The notes beneath the pieces are model-generated. The model was not told the DNA's origin and did not search any database. It worked only from the letters and a program-made list of their open reading frames with translations. DNA of 64,000 nucleotides from an uncultured Gammaproteobacteria bacterium. Lineage in GTDB: Bacteria; Pseudomonadota; Gammaproteobacteria; Steroidobacterales; Rariloculaceae. Positions within the stretch are counted from its first letter, which is position 1. Every line of letters begins with the position of its first letter. A program made the translations under genes and the position numbers. Positions 53,963-63,818 of this stretch are shown piece after piece. The stretch lies in NCBI GenBank assembly GCA_964384125.1, contig CAYLKA010000005.1, positions 1,554 through 65,553 of the forward strand, written 5' to 3'.

Positions 53963-56362
53963 ATGTTGTCCGGAATTCGGGTGCTCGATTTCACCAACCA
54001 GCTGGGTTGGATAGCCGGCCGCATTCTTGCGGACCTCGGGGCTGACGTCGTCAAGGTCGAACCTCCGGATCTGGATATCACCGACTCAGCGTGGCAGGCC
54101 CACAATTTAAACAAACGTAGCTTGGCACTGGACATTACGACGAAGGCGGGCGAGGAGGCCGTGTTCGCGTTGGCGCCCTTTGCGGATATTCTTCTCCAGA
54201 CGGCTTTGCCCGGGAGCTCTGAGGCGGAGTTTTTTGACGAAAGCGGTTTTCGGGAGAAAAACCTGCATTTGATTCAAGTGTCCATCACTCCCTTCGGTCG
54301 GGGCGGGCCTCGCTCGTGCTGGTTGGCTAACGACTTGGAGCTGATGGCTGCCAGTGGCGCCATGTCTCTTGCGGGGGAGGCCGAAGGCATGCCGGTCCGC
54401 ATCTCTTCACCTCAATCCGGCGGGTGGGCTGGAGTTGCCGCTGCAACGGGAGCGCTGACGGCACTCAAGGCACGGGAGCGGACAGGGCGGGGTCAACTGG
54501 TGGACGTTTCCGCCCAGGCTGCAATTATCGCTGCGTTGGCCAACGCACCTACTTTTTATGATTTAGAAGGCACTGTTCCGACCCGCGCGGGTGCTTTCGT
54601 GACCGGGCGATCGGTTGAGGGAGCCCGTTACCGCGTGTTTTGGCCGTGTCAGGACGGCTACATAAACTTCATTCTTTATGGGGGGATTGCGGGCCGACGC
54701 ACCAATCAGGCGCTTGTAGATTGGATCTGTGAGGATGGGGAAGAGCCAGGGGTTCTAACCAAGATAAACTGGGATCATTTCAGTCCGACAGAATTGACCC
54801 AAAACGAAGTTGACGCGATCGAGGAGCCGATCGGTCGCTTCATGCGTCGCCTTACGAAGCGTGAATTTCTAGATGGCGCGTGCGCAAGAGACATGCTTGG
54901 GTATCCTGTCTCCACGGTTGCTGACATCGCTGCCGATCCCCAGCTGGAAGCTCGGGCGTTCTGGAGCGACCAAACTGACCTAGATGGAAACACCCGTCGC
55001 TACTGTGGCAGCTTCGGTGTAGTAGACGGGCAACGTTTGCCAATCCGACAGCCGACTGGTCGGTCTGTGACATTGGCAGAGCTTATTGAGGCACCTAATG
55101 TTCCGCGTGGTGGTGCAGAGGGGTCCGAAAAAGTGCCTCCCGCTACTGATGAGGCTAGGGCCCTCGGCGGCGTTAAAGTTGCAGTGTTCGGTGGGTATGC
55201 AGCGGGTCCCTGGATCGGGAAGCTTCTCGCAAATTTCGGCGCTGTTGTGGTTCACGTGGAGTCTGCCGATCGACCTGACGGGTTTCGCATGGAGTACCCG
55301 CCATTCAAAGACGACGAGCCCGGGGTTAATAGGGGTGGCACATTTGCGTTCTTCAACGACTCCAAGCTCGCCGTAACCCTCGATATCAAAAAGCCGGGCG
55401 GGGTTCGGCTTGCGCGCAGGCTAGTCGATTGGTGCGATATCGTGATCGAGAACATGCGCCCGGGCGTGATGGCCAGGCTTGGGCTTGGTTACGAGACGCT
55501 TATCGAGACGAACCCGGACCTCATACAGCTTTCTACATGTAACATGGGCCAGACAGGCCCTCGGGCTCGAACCCCGGGTTTCGGATCGCAGCTCTCAGCG
55601 ATGGCCGGTTTCTGCGAGCTAGCGGGCGAACCCGCTGGGTCACCGATGCTTCTCTATGGCCCCTACATTGATTTCATAGCCGCTTTTTACGGTACATCGG
55701 CGGCACTTGCCGCGCTGGAACAACGACGGGCTAGCGGTAAGGGGGCGCAGATTGATCTGTCCCAATACGAATGCGGCCTTTCATTCCTAGCAGGGGAGCT
55801 GCTGGATTTTCATGCCGGAGGTGGCATCGCCAAGCGCAGGGGTAATGATGATCCGGCGGCTGCACCCCATGGGGCGTTCCTGGGTTCGGATGGCCGGTGG
55901 CTGGTCTTGAGCTGTTGGAGCGACGAGGAATTCAGGCGGCTCGCCCACGCCGTTGGCGAGGGATCGTGGGCAGGGGAAAAACGTTTCGCGACCCTCTCGG
56001 CCCGGCAGGAGAACGCTTCGTTTCTAACCGAGGGTATCAACCGGTGGTGCAGCACCCGGACAGCACAGGAGACCGTCAGCGCCCTTCAGGAGTCCCGGGT
56101 TCACGCCTACGTTGTTAACACGGTGGCGGATCTGTTTTCCGACCCGCAACTCCTGCAGCGTGGGACGTGGCGGATTCGGAGGCACCCGGTTATCGGGGAG
56201 CAGGCGTATTATTTTCCTGGTTTCGACCTCTCCGATAATCCAGGCGATGTGACTACTGCCGGTCCCCTTCTCGGAGCGGACAACGAGCGTGTTTATCGAG
56301 ATTTCTTGGGTTTGACCGAAGGGGAGATCGGACAATATCGTGAGAGTGGAGTGATTGGTTAA
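53963..56362 (+). CDS. Tandem-fused class III (CaiB/BaiF/Frc-type) CoA-transferase
   Basis: 799 aa with two CaiB-like units, each opening with the family N-terminal pattern (LSGIRVLDFTNQLGWIAGRILADLGADVVKVEPP and GVKVAVFGGYAAGPWIGKLLANFGAVVVHVESADRPDG). Confidence 0.78.
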   Translation: MLSGIRVLDFTNQLGWIAGRILADLGADVVKVEPPDLDITDSAWQAHNLNKRSLALDITTKAGEEAVFALAPFADILLQTALPGSSEAEFFDESGFREKNLHLIQVSITPFGRGGPRSCWLANDLELMAASGAMSLAGEAEGMPVRISSPQSGGWAGVAAATGALTALKARERTGRGQLVDVSAQAAIIAALANAPTFYDLEGTVPTRAGAFVTGRSVEGARYRVFWPCQDGYINFILYGGIAGRRTNQALVDWICEDGEEPGVLTKINWDHFSPTELTQNEVDAIEEPIGRFMRRLTKREFLDGACARDMLGYPVSTVADIAADPQLEARAFWSDQTDLDGNTRRYCGSFGVVDGQRLPIRQPTGRSVTLAELIEAPNVPRGGAEGSEKVPPATDEARALGGVKVAVFGGYAAGPWIGKLLANFGAVVVHVESADRPDGFRMEYPPFKDDEPGVNRGGTFAFFNDSKLAVTLDIKKPGGVRLARRLVDWCDIVIENMRPGVMARLGLGYETLIETNPDLIQLSTCNMGQTGPRARTPGFGSQLSAMAGFCELAGEPAGSPMLLYGPYIDFIAAFYGTSAALAALEQRRASGKGAQIDLSQYECGLSFLAGELLDFHAGGGIAKRRGNDDPAAAPHGAFLGSDGRWLVLSCWSDEEFRRLAHAVGEGSWAGEKRFATLSARQENASFLTEGINRWCSTRTAQETVSALQESRVHAYVVNTVADLFSDPQLLQRGTWRIRRHPVIGEQAYYFPGFDLSDNPGDVTTAGPLLGADNERVYRDFLGLTEGEIGQYRESGVIG

Positions 56363-56377
56363 GGCAGGTCGCGCGAA

Positions 56378-57415
56378 GTGGAATTTATGATGAGAAGAGT
56401 TCTCGGTTGCCGATCACCTCAAGGTTCAGGGGCGGCTAGAGTGTTGGTGATGGCCTTATTCGTTCTTGCGGTACCCGGAAGCGGGTATGCACAGGAAAGG
56501 TACAACTTGGCACTCATGGGGGCTAGCCCTGGAGGGTTGTGGTCCTTACTTGGAGCAGGGATTAACTCGGCGGTCGTCAGTGAGCACCCAGGTTCAGTAG
56601 TGACCTATCAACAGTCCGGGGGGCGGGTTGCTAACGTTAGGTTGGTGAGCGAGGGTCGAGCCGATCTGGGAATAGTGCACGACGTTGAGCTCAAAGCTGC
56701 CGTTGAGGGGAGCGCACCTTTTCAACAGCCGGTAATGAATCTGAGGGTCATCGCCTATCTTTACGCCTGGGCACCAATGCAGCTCGTCATTACCCGAGCG
56801 TTTGCAGATCGGTATGGTATCGAGACCCTGCGGGACCTCATCACAACCGAGGCGCCGGTTCGCATGGGGGTTAACACTCGAGGCAATATGGTCCAAGAGG
56901 TCAATCGTTCGATATTTGGTGCCTATGGCGTTACCTATGAGGATGTTGAAAGTTGGGGAGGGCAGGTAGTTTTTGCAGCATCGAACGAGATGGCCACCCT
57001 GATGGCGAACCGTCGTATTGATATGTCAAGCAATGGTGTGTTTGCGCCGAACAATTCAATTCTTCAATCGAGCAATTCGGTTGAGGTCATCATGCTGCCG
57101 CTTCACGAGGAGGCAATAGACATAGTCTCCGATATCACGGGAGCTCGGGCTTATACGGTTCCCGCTGGTGCTTACGAATGGCTTGATCATGACGTCCCTA
57201 CGATCGCTCTAGGAGCCGAGCTGATCGTGAACGAGACTCTGCCAGATCAGCAAGCCTACGATCTGGCTCGAGCATTGATGGAAAACATCGACAGGTTGCG
57301 CGGCGTGCATCGAGCTATGAGTGATCTGACCCCAGAGTTCATGGTTTCTCAGAGCATCGTTCCATACCATCCCGGTGCGCTGCGTTATTACCGTGAAGTT
57401 GGGCTCGTCGATTAG
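56378..57415 (+). CDS. TAXI-family TRAP transporter solute receptor
   Basis: 345 aa with a signal peptide. GASPGGLWSLLGAGI..., pattern ending PYHPGALRYYREVG typical of TAXI (immunogenic-protein type) receptors. Confidence 0.75.
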   Translation: MEFMMRRVLGCRSPQGSGAARVLVMALFVLAVPGSGYAQERYNLALMGASPGGLWSLLGAGINSAVVSEHPGSVVTYQQSGGRVANVRLVSEGRADLGIVHDVELKAAVEGSAPFQQPVMNLRVIAYLYAWAPMQLVITRAFADRYGIETLRDLITTEAPVRMGVNTRGNMVQEVNRSIFGAYGVTYEDVESWGGQVVFAASNEMATLMANRRIDMSSNGVFAPNNSILQSSNSVEVIMLPLHEEAIDIVSDITGARAYTVPAGAYEWLDHDVPTIALGAELIVNETLPDQQAYDLARALMENIDRLRGVHRAMSDLTPEFMVSQSIVPYHPGALRYYREVGLVD

Positions 57416-57431
57416 CCTCAAAGGCGAGGGT

Positions 57432-59270
57432 ATGAACGCGGTTCGCTTCCTCTTTTCGATCGGTGCGAGACGTCGGCTTGAGGGGGGCTTTCGCCAGATC
57501 GTGTGGTTCTATTCCGCGTGTCTCGCGTTATGGGCTATTTGGGCGGCAACCCTGGCGCTCATCGATCCATTGGCGCACGGAGCTATCTTTGTCTGTTTCA
57601 TGCTCGGACTGATGTTTCTTGTGGTGGCCCCGGGCGACAAGGGTGGAGGGGCCACGCCATGGGTCGGCGATTACATCCTGTCTGGCGCGAGCATCCTATG
57701 TGGTCTCTATTTCATTGTCTCTGCCGAGCGTGTTTCCGGCCGAATCTCATTGTTAGATCCGCTGACCGATCTGGATTTGCTTTTTGGAACTGCGCTTTGG
57801 TTGCTCGCATTAGAAGCCACTCGCCGTGCCGTCGGTCTCGCGCTTATGCTCGTTGTCATTACGTTTGTTTTCTACAACCTTTTTGGCCATCTGATTGACG
57901 GTGTGATGTCGCACGGTTTTATTAGCTACGAGCACTTTCTTGATCAGTCTATATTCACAACGAATGGGATCTTCGGTGCCCCAATCCGTGTGGCCGCTAC
58001 GTACGCCTTCTTGTTCGTGTGTTTCGGCGTTTTTCTACAACGAGCCGGAGGGAGCGCCTTTTTCTTTAATCTAGCCTCGGCCATCACCGGTCGTAGCCCG
58101 GGGGGGGCGGCAAAGGTGGCAATTGCTTCTTCCGCGCTTTACGGGACCATGTCCGGAAGCCCCACGTCGGATGTCGTGACCACGGGGTCCATTACCATAC
58201 CGATGATGCGGCGATTGGGTTACTCGCCCGTACTCGCGGGCGCTGTAGAGGTAGCTGCATCTACGGGCGGTAGTATCCTGCCTCCCGTCATGGGCTCTGC
58301 CGTATTTATCTTGGTGGAATTTACCGGGATTAGCTACCAGACTGTCGTGGTTGCGGCATTGATCCCGGCATTTCTGTTTTATCTCGCCCTATACGCTCAA
58401 GTCCATCTCAGCGCGTTACGTTTGGGGCTGGACGGGCTGGAGGCCTCGGAGTCTCACCAGGCGCGGAACACACTTCGAAACGGGGGCGTGTTCGTGATAC
58501 CCCTCCTGGTGATCGTGGGAGCGCTTGCAATGGGCTTCACCCCCACTTTCGCAGCGGTATTCGGGGCTCTGGCGGCTATCGTCTCGTCGTTACCGAGAAG
58601 GGAAACGCGTATAAACATACGAGGGATTTACGAAGGTTTGGCTGAGACGAGCCTGCGGATGGTGCCGGTTATGGCGGCCTGCGCAGCTGCCGGTTTAGTG
58701 GTCGGGGGCATCAGTATCACGGGCTTGGCAGGAAAATTTTCCTATATCGTGCTTGCCCTGGCGGGTGAGAGCCAGATCCTGACCTTCGCCGTAGCCGGGG
58801 TACTTTGTATTCTCCTGGGTATGGGGATGCCTACTCCAAGTGCGTACATTCTCGCCGCGGTTCTTATTGCTGATGTGTTAATTGTGCCTGGGGTGGAAGT
58901 TTTAACCGCACACATGTTCCTGCTTTTCTTCTCAGTGTTATCTGCGATCACGCCGCCTGTTGCTGTGGCCGCATATGCTGCATCATCCATCGCGGAAGCT
59001 AACCCACTGGCTATCGCTGTGGCTGCTTTGCGCCTCTCCCTCGTTCTTTTCCTCGTGCCCTTTGCGTTTGTCTACGTTCCCGGTCTGCTCGCCCAAGGTT
59101 CGCCAGGGGAAATTGCGATAGCGTTGGTTTTTGCGATACCGGGTGTTCTTGCGCTAGCGGTAGCCAGCGAAGGGTATTGGAGAGGGGTGTTGCAGAGTTG
59201 GCAGCGTATTGGCGTGGGATGCGCGGGAATGGGTTTGCTGTTTGCACCAGCCTTTTTCAGAGGGATTTGA
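57432..59270 (+). CDS. TRAP transporter fused (4TM/12TM) permease, TAXI-associated type
   Basis: About 612 aa, polytopic, AAGGCGAGGG RBS. Follows the TAXI receptor. SALYGTMSGSPTSDVVTTGSITIPMM motif typical of DctM-like modules. Confidence 0.78.
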   Translation: MNAVRFLFSIGARRRLEGGFRQIVWFYSACLALWAIWAATLALIDPLAHGAIFVCFMLGLMFLVVAPGDKGGGATPWVGDYILSGASILCGLYFIVSAERVSGRISLLDPLTDLDLLFGTALWLLALEATRRAVGLALMLVVITFVFYNLFGHLIDGVMSHGFISYEHFLDQSIFTTNGIFGAPIRVAATYAFLFVCFGVFLQRAGGSAFFFNLASAITGRSPGGAAKVAIASSALYGTMSGSPTSDVVTTGSITIPMMRRLGYSPVLAGAVEVAASTGGSILPPVMGSAVFILVEFTGISYQTVVVAALIPAFLFYLALYAQVHLSALRLGLDGLEASESHQARNTLRNGGVFVIPLLVIVGALAMGFTPTFAAVFGALAAIVSSLPRRETRINIRGIYEGLAETSLRMVPVMAACAAAGLVVGGISITGLAGKFSYIVLALAGESQILTFAVAGVLCILLGMGMPTPSAYILAAVLIADVLIVPGVEVLTAHMFLLFFSVLSAITPPVAVAAYAASSIAEANPLAIAVAALRLSLVLFLVPFAFVYVPGLLAQGSPGEIAIALVFAIPGVLALAVASEGYWRGVLQSWQRIGVGCAGMGLLFAPAFFRGI

Positions 59271-59522
59271 GTGCAATTAAAACATGTCTACTAAACAGAG
59301 CTTTAGATTCTCTTGTTCAAGTAAAATCGTTTTTCTGTGGCTGGGTACGGGCTGACTTGTGCTCTCCTGGCGTTGGATGGATGGAGAAGGTGAAGTTCTT
59401 CACCCTCCCAAACCGTGCACTTTTGGAACGGTGCGGCCCGAGCGGATTAATCTTACAATTCTGTCGGTTAGCCACGATCCTGGCTGCGCGTCAAAAATTT
59501 TCCCAGGGAGGGCATTTAACAC

Positions 59523-59657
59523 GTGAATGATGATGACAGAGGGCTGAGGACGCGGATTCGTAATCGTGCACTGGCGCTCGGGGCGTTGGTGCTGTTTCTC
59601 TATGTTGGATTCATGGTCCTCGTGTGGGTGAAGAATCCGAGTTTGGTTGGTCAGTAG
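59523..59657 (+). CDS. Possible cytochrome oxidase small assembly protein (44 aa, single TM)
   Basis: GTG-initiated small ORF, below the ORF-track size cutoff: NDDDRGLRTRIRNRALALGALVLFLYVGFMVLVWVKNPSLVGQ. The basic stretch followed by one TM helix, and the position just upstream of SURF1, resemble small cox-cluster peptides. Confidence 0.35.
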   Translation: MNDDDRGLRTRIRNRALALGALVLFLYVGFMVLVWVKNPSLVGQ

Positions 59658-59699
59658 CGCCAGCGAAGAGTTCGGCGAAGGCCTGACGAAGGCGACACG

Positions 59700-60416
59700 A
59701 TGACTACCAATCGCGCGTTTCTGATGACCCTCTTCGTTCTATTGTTCTCTGCTCTCGTCTCATTGGGCCTATGGCAATTGCGTCGAGCCGATGAGCGGGA
59801 AGCCTCACAGGATCGTTTCGCTTTGGGCCGTGATCTTCCTGCGCTCACCGCGCCCTTATCCAATCAGGGGATTGAAGAATACCGTTACCGGCGGCTTGAA
59901 CTCAGAGGTCGATATCTTTCTTCGAGGCAGGTGTTATTGGACAGCATGATCCACGAGGGTCGTGCAGGCTACCACGTGCTGACGCCATTTCTACCCCTTA
60001 ACGATTCACGTTGGGTTCTGGTTAACCGGGGCTGGGTCGAAGCAGATCCCGACCGCCGTGTGTTGCCGGGGGTTGAGGTAGGGGAGACGATCCGTGTGGT
60101 AACTGGTCAGTTAGATGCAATGCCTCGCCCCGGTTTGGAGCTAGGAGGTTCAATTGGGCCTGAAGGTTGGCCACTGGTTGCGTTGTTTCCGCGCCCCGAA
60201 GAGCTGGAGGAACGGTTCGGGGAACCTCTTATGGGCTATCAGCTCTTGCTTGATGCTGAGATGCCCGACGGGTACGTGCGCCAGTGGCAGTTGCGCATGC
60301 TGTCTCCGGAGAGGCATGTTGGATACGCCATCCAGTGGTTCTCTCTGGCAGGCACGCTTCTCGTAATTGCGGTCATCCTGGGTTTGCGCGCTCGCAAGTT
60401 CAGCGCAGAGGGATGA
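59700..60416 (+). CDS. SURF1-family cytochrome oxidase assembly protein
   Basis: 238 aa. N-terminal TM plus LGLWQLRRA motif. VLVNRGWV. C-terminal TM with HVGYAIQWF. Confidence 0.85.
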   Translation: MTTNRAFLMTLFVLLFSALVSLGLWQLRRADEREASQDRFALGRDLPALTAPLSNQGIEEYRYRRLELRGRYLSSRQVLLDSMIHEGRAGYHVLTPFLPLNDSRWVLVNRGWVEADPDRRVLPGVEVGETIRVVTGQLDAMPRPGLELGGSIGPEGWPLVALFPRPEELEERFGEPLMGYQLLLDAEMPDGYVRQWQLRMLSPERHVGYAIQWFSLAGTLLVIAVILGLRARKFSAEG

Positions 60417-60487
60417 CATTAGACCCTGAGCGGGGGCACAATAAGCAACCCGCAACAACGCCCAGCAGAAAACCTTCGGAGTGATTA

Positions 60488-60898
60488 ATGGCTAGACTTC
60501 TTTGGGGCATCCCTTTCGCCTTCGTGGCCACTGTCGTAGCAGCGAGGCTCGCGTTCGAGTTCACCGCCCCTGTATTTAGTGGGCCGGTCACTGACCCTTG
60601 GGCCCAGAGCAGGATGGAATTCGTTTCTTGGAATAATGAGCAGTGGACCGGTTGGGTGCGCGAGGAGCGCTTTGAGCAAACGCCTGAAAACACCGTCGAT
60701 TGGCACCGTCACTCCAACCCAAGCCTGGCATATATCGACTGGGACGGGGAACATTGGCAGGCAAAGATCGAAGGAGAGGCGTTTGTTCTAGCCCACAGGG
60801 GAAACTGGGGTGGTCCCACCGAGAGCGCCAGCGCGATTCGATATCGGGATTGGTCGGGCCAGAAACGGCTTCGAACACTGGCCCAATTGCAGCGTTAA
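60488..60898 (+). CDS. Hypothetical Trp-rich membrane-anchored or exported protein
   Basis: 136 aa with an N-terminal hydrophobic segment. No recognised motif. Located between SURF1 and coxB. Confidence 0.45.
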   Translation: MARLLWGIPFAFVATVVAARLAFEFTAPVFSGPVTDPWAQSRMEFVSWNNEQWTGWVREERFEQTPENTVDWHRHSNPSLAYIDWDGEHWQAKIEGEAFVLAHRGNWGGPTESASAIRYRDWSGQKRLRTLAQLQR

Positions 60899-61015
60899 AA
60901 AAGCACTTTGAACTCCGTCGCCTCTTGCCCTATTATGCCGCCTGCATGGACCAAAAGCAGGACCTGAAATAGCCACGGATTAAGGTACGCAGCTGTCTGT
61001 TCTGACGCAGGGCCT

Positions 61016-62197
61016 ATGATTTCACAAAGCTTTATGCATAAAACTCTCACGGTGAGGGCAATGAGGCCCTTCGTCGGCCTCCGACGTGTATCTGGGTTCG
61101 TAGGCGCGGCGCTAGCGCTATTTTCTGTGGGTGCCGTAGCTCAGGGGTGGGATATGCGCCCGGGCGTCACCGAGCTGAGCCAGCACATCCAGACTCTCCA
61201 TCACATCAGTCTGTGGGTCTGCATCGTAGTCGGCATGGCCGTTTTTGGCGCCATGTTCTATACGATCATTGCCCATCGGCGCTCTAAGCACCCAGTGCCG
61301 GCGACGTTCCACCACAACACCAAAGTGGAAGTGATCTGGACGGTTATTCCGACTTTGATTCTTGTCGGTATGGCCGTGCCCGCAACGCTTGCGCTAATAG
61401 AGGTCGAAGACAACAGCAATTCCGACCTCACGGTCCTCGTTACCGGGTCGCAGTGGAAGTGGCACTATCAGTATCTTGAGGCAGGCATCGGTTTTTACAG
61501 CAATATGACGACGCCTATCGAGCAGATTAACAACACCGAACCCAAAGGGGAGAACTACCTGCTGGAGGTCGACAACCCTCTGGTGATTCCCACCAACCTG
61601 AAGGTGCGGTTCCTGATGGCATCCGACGATGTTATTCACTCTTGGTGGGTGCCTGATTTTGCAGTGAAGCAGGACGCTATCCCGGGGTTTATCAATGAAG
61701 CTTGGACGCGCGTTGAGCAGCCAGGCATCTACCGTGGCCAGTGCACGGAACTTTGCGGAATGAACCACGCGTTCATGCCTGTTGTGGTGGAGGTACGCCC
61801 CGAAGAGGAATTCCTTGCCTGGATAGAGGACCAGCGAATAGCCGGCGAGCTCGCTGGTGAGGCAGCGGTCGCTGCCCGAAGCCGTGACTGGTCGATGGAG
61901 GAACTCGTGCCGATGGGTCAGGAGGTCTATATGGACCACTGCGCAACTTGCCATATGCCCGATGGGTCGGGTCAGGGCATCAGGTACCCCGCACTAGCCG
62001 AAGGTGTCGTTCCAACCGGGCCGGTCGAAACGCATATCGACACGGTTATGAACGGCGTGGCCGACACGGAGATGCAGGCCTGGGCGCCACAGCTCAGCGA
62101 CCTCGAGATCGCGGCAGTAATTACCTATGAACGTAATGCGCTCGGTAACGGCATGGGCGATATCGTGCAACCGCTCACCATTTTCAACGCTCGCTAG
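61016..62197 (+). CDS. coxB: Cytochrome c oxidase subunit II with C-terminal cytochrome c domain
   Basis: CuA motif HSWWVPDF...[15 protein letters not shown]-terminal CATCH heme motif. Exact start uncertain (several in-frame ATGs between 61016 and 61061). Confidence 0.9.
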   Translation: MISQSFMHKTLTVRAMRPFVGLRRVSGFVGAALALFSVGAVAQGWDMRPGVTELSQHIQTLHHISLWVCIVVGMAVFGAMFYTIIAHRRSKHPVPATFHHNTKVEVIWTVIPTLILVGMAVPATLALIEVEDNSNSDLTVLVTGSQWKWHYQYLEAGIGFYSNMTTPIEQINNTEPKGENYLLEVDNPLVIPTNLKVRFLMASDDVIHSWWVPDFAVKQDAIPGFINEAWTRVEQPGIYRGQCTELCGMNHAFMPVVVEVRPEEEFLAWIEDQRIAGELAGEAAVAARSRDWSMEELVPMGQEVYMDHCATCHMPDGSGQGIRYPALAEGVVPTGPVETHIDTVMNGVADTEMQAWAPQLSDLEIAAVITYERNALGNGMGDIVQPLTIFNAR

Positions 62198-62208
62198 GTA
62201 AACCAAGA

Positions 62209-63789
62209 ATGATTGCGCACGCAGAAACCATACCCCCGGCTCGACATCCGCTTGTGAGCTTTATTCTGCGGTGGACTTTGACGACCAACCATAAGGAGAT
62301 CGGCACCCTCTATTTGTCGCTGAGCTTCCTTTTGTTCCTGATCGGCGGGGCGATGGCGATGATCTTTCGTGCTGAGCTCGCTGAGCCGGGACTGCAGTTC
62401 GTCGCGGCGGATTTCTACAACCAGATGGTCACCCTGCACGGGTTGGTCATGGTGTTCGGGGCGGTCATGCCCGCATTCGTGGGGCTGGCTAATTGGATGA
62501 TACCGCTGATGATCGGGGCCCCCGACATGGCGCTTCCTCGGCTCAACAACTTCAGTTTTTGGATCCTACCATTTGCATTCTTCATGCTGCTTTCGTCTTT
62601 GTTTATGGAGGGTGGCGCGCCGAATTTTGGCTGGACACTGTACGCACCTTTATCGACTACCTATGGTCCCCCAAGTACGGACTTCCTGATCTTCGGTGTG
62701 CACCTGATGGGAATATCTTCGATCCTGGGTGCGATCAACATTATCGTCACTATCTTTAATTTGCGCGCGCCAGGTATGACGTTAATGAAGATGCCATTGT
62801 TCGTTTGGACATGGCTGATCACAGCATTCCTGCTCATCATGGCCATGCCGGTGTTGGCCGGCGTCGTCACCATGATGCTTACGGATCGACATTTCGGGAC
62901 GAGCTTTTTCGAGGCGTCTGGTGGCGGTGATCCGCTGATCTTCCAGCACGTCTTTTGGTTTTTCGGGCACCCGGAGGTCTACATCATGATCCTCCCGGGA
63001 TTCGGTATTGCCTCGCAGATCATCCCGACGTTCGCGCGTAAAAAACTATTTGGCTATCCCTCCATGGTTTACGCGACTGCTGCCATTGCGCTCTTGTCAT
63101 TCGTCGTGTGGGGACACCACATGTTCGCAACTGGCATGCCTTTGGCCACTGAGTTGTACTTCATGTACGCGACGATGTTGATCGCCATACCTACCGGGGT
63201 AAAGGTGTTTAATTGGGTGGCCACCATGTGGCGTGGTTCAATGACCTTCGAAACGCCAATGCTTTTCGCCCTCGGTTTTGTGGTGATGTTCACTATCGGT
63301 GGGTTATCTGGACTCATGCTGGCCATCGCCCCGGTCGATTTTCAGTATCACGACACTTTCTTCGTGGTGGCACACATTCACTACGTCCTTTACCCAGGTG
63401 CGATATTCGCCACCATGGCCGCGGTCTACTATTGGCTGCCTAAATGGTGCGGGAATATGTACAACGAAACGTTGGGTAAGATCCATTTCTGGACGGCGGT
63501 GGTTGCACTCAATCTCACGTTCTTTCCGATGCATTTCGTGGGATTGGCTGGCATGCCGCGGCGGATCGTCGATTATGCGCTGCCGTATACCGGCATGAAT
63601 ACGTTTGCGAGCTTTGGTGCCTTTCTCCTGGGTGCAACGCAGATTCTCTTTCTCTACATCGTGATTAAGACTGTGCGTGGAGGCGAGAAGGCGACCGGTC
63701 AGGTTTGGGAAAGTGCGGAAGGACTGGAATGGACGGTTCCTTCACCGGCCCCGCTCCACACATTCGAAACGCCACCGCGGGTGGACTAG
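62209..63789 (+). CDS. coxA: Cytochrome c oxidase subunit I
   Basis: 526 aa. [17 protein letters not shown] and HYVL motifs of heme-copper oxidase subunit I. Confidence 0.95.
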   Translation: MIAHAETIPPARHPLVSFILRWTLTTNHKEIGTLYLSLSFLLFLIGGAMAMIFRAELAEPGLQFVAADFYNQMVTLHGLVMVFGAVMPAFVGLANWMIPLMIGAPDMALPRLNNFSFWILPFAFFMLLSSLFMEGGAPNFGWTLYAPLSTTYGPPSTDFLIFGVHLMGISSILGAINIIVTIFNLRAPGMTLMKMPLFVWTWLITAFLLIMAMPVLAGVVTMMLTDRHFGTSFFEASGGGDPLIFQHVFWFFGHPEVYIMILPGFGIASQIIPTFARKKLFGYPSMVYATAAIALLSFVVWGHHMFATGMPLATELYFMYATMLIAIPTGVKVFNWVATMWRGSMTFETPMLFALGFVVMFTIGGLSGLMLAIAPVDFQYHDTFFVVAHIHYVLYPGAIFATMAAVYYWLPKWCGNMYNETLGKIHFWTAVVALNLTFFPMHFVGLAGMPRRIVDYALPYTGMNTFASFGAFLLGATQILFLYIVIKTVRGGEKATGQVWESAEGLEWTVPSPAPLHTFETPPRVD

Positions 63790-63818
63790 TGGATGTATAT
63801 GGGTCCGGGTAGCCGACG

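Noticed and set aside
53020-54135. Antisense ORFs 53020..53514 (164 aa) and 53527..54135 (202 aa) opposite the UbiD and CoA-transferase genes.
   Set aside because: Shadow ORFs without motifs. The plus-strand genes are strongly supported.
13649-59522. Calling the 45-kb block a mobile genomic island, and looking for CRISPR arrays, IS elements or prophage genes.
   Set aside because: No integrase, transposase, recombinase, terminal inverted repeats, tRNA-derived direct repeat or spacer-repeat array could be found by reading the ORFs and intergenic regions. Only the tRNA adjacency is suggestive.
59177-59530. 117-aa ORF spanning the end of the TRAP permease and the following non-coding region.
   Set aside because: It starts inside the permease gene in another frame, has no RBS and no motifs. 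The region looks like a true intergenic spacer.
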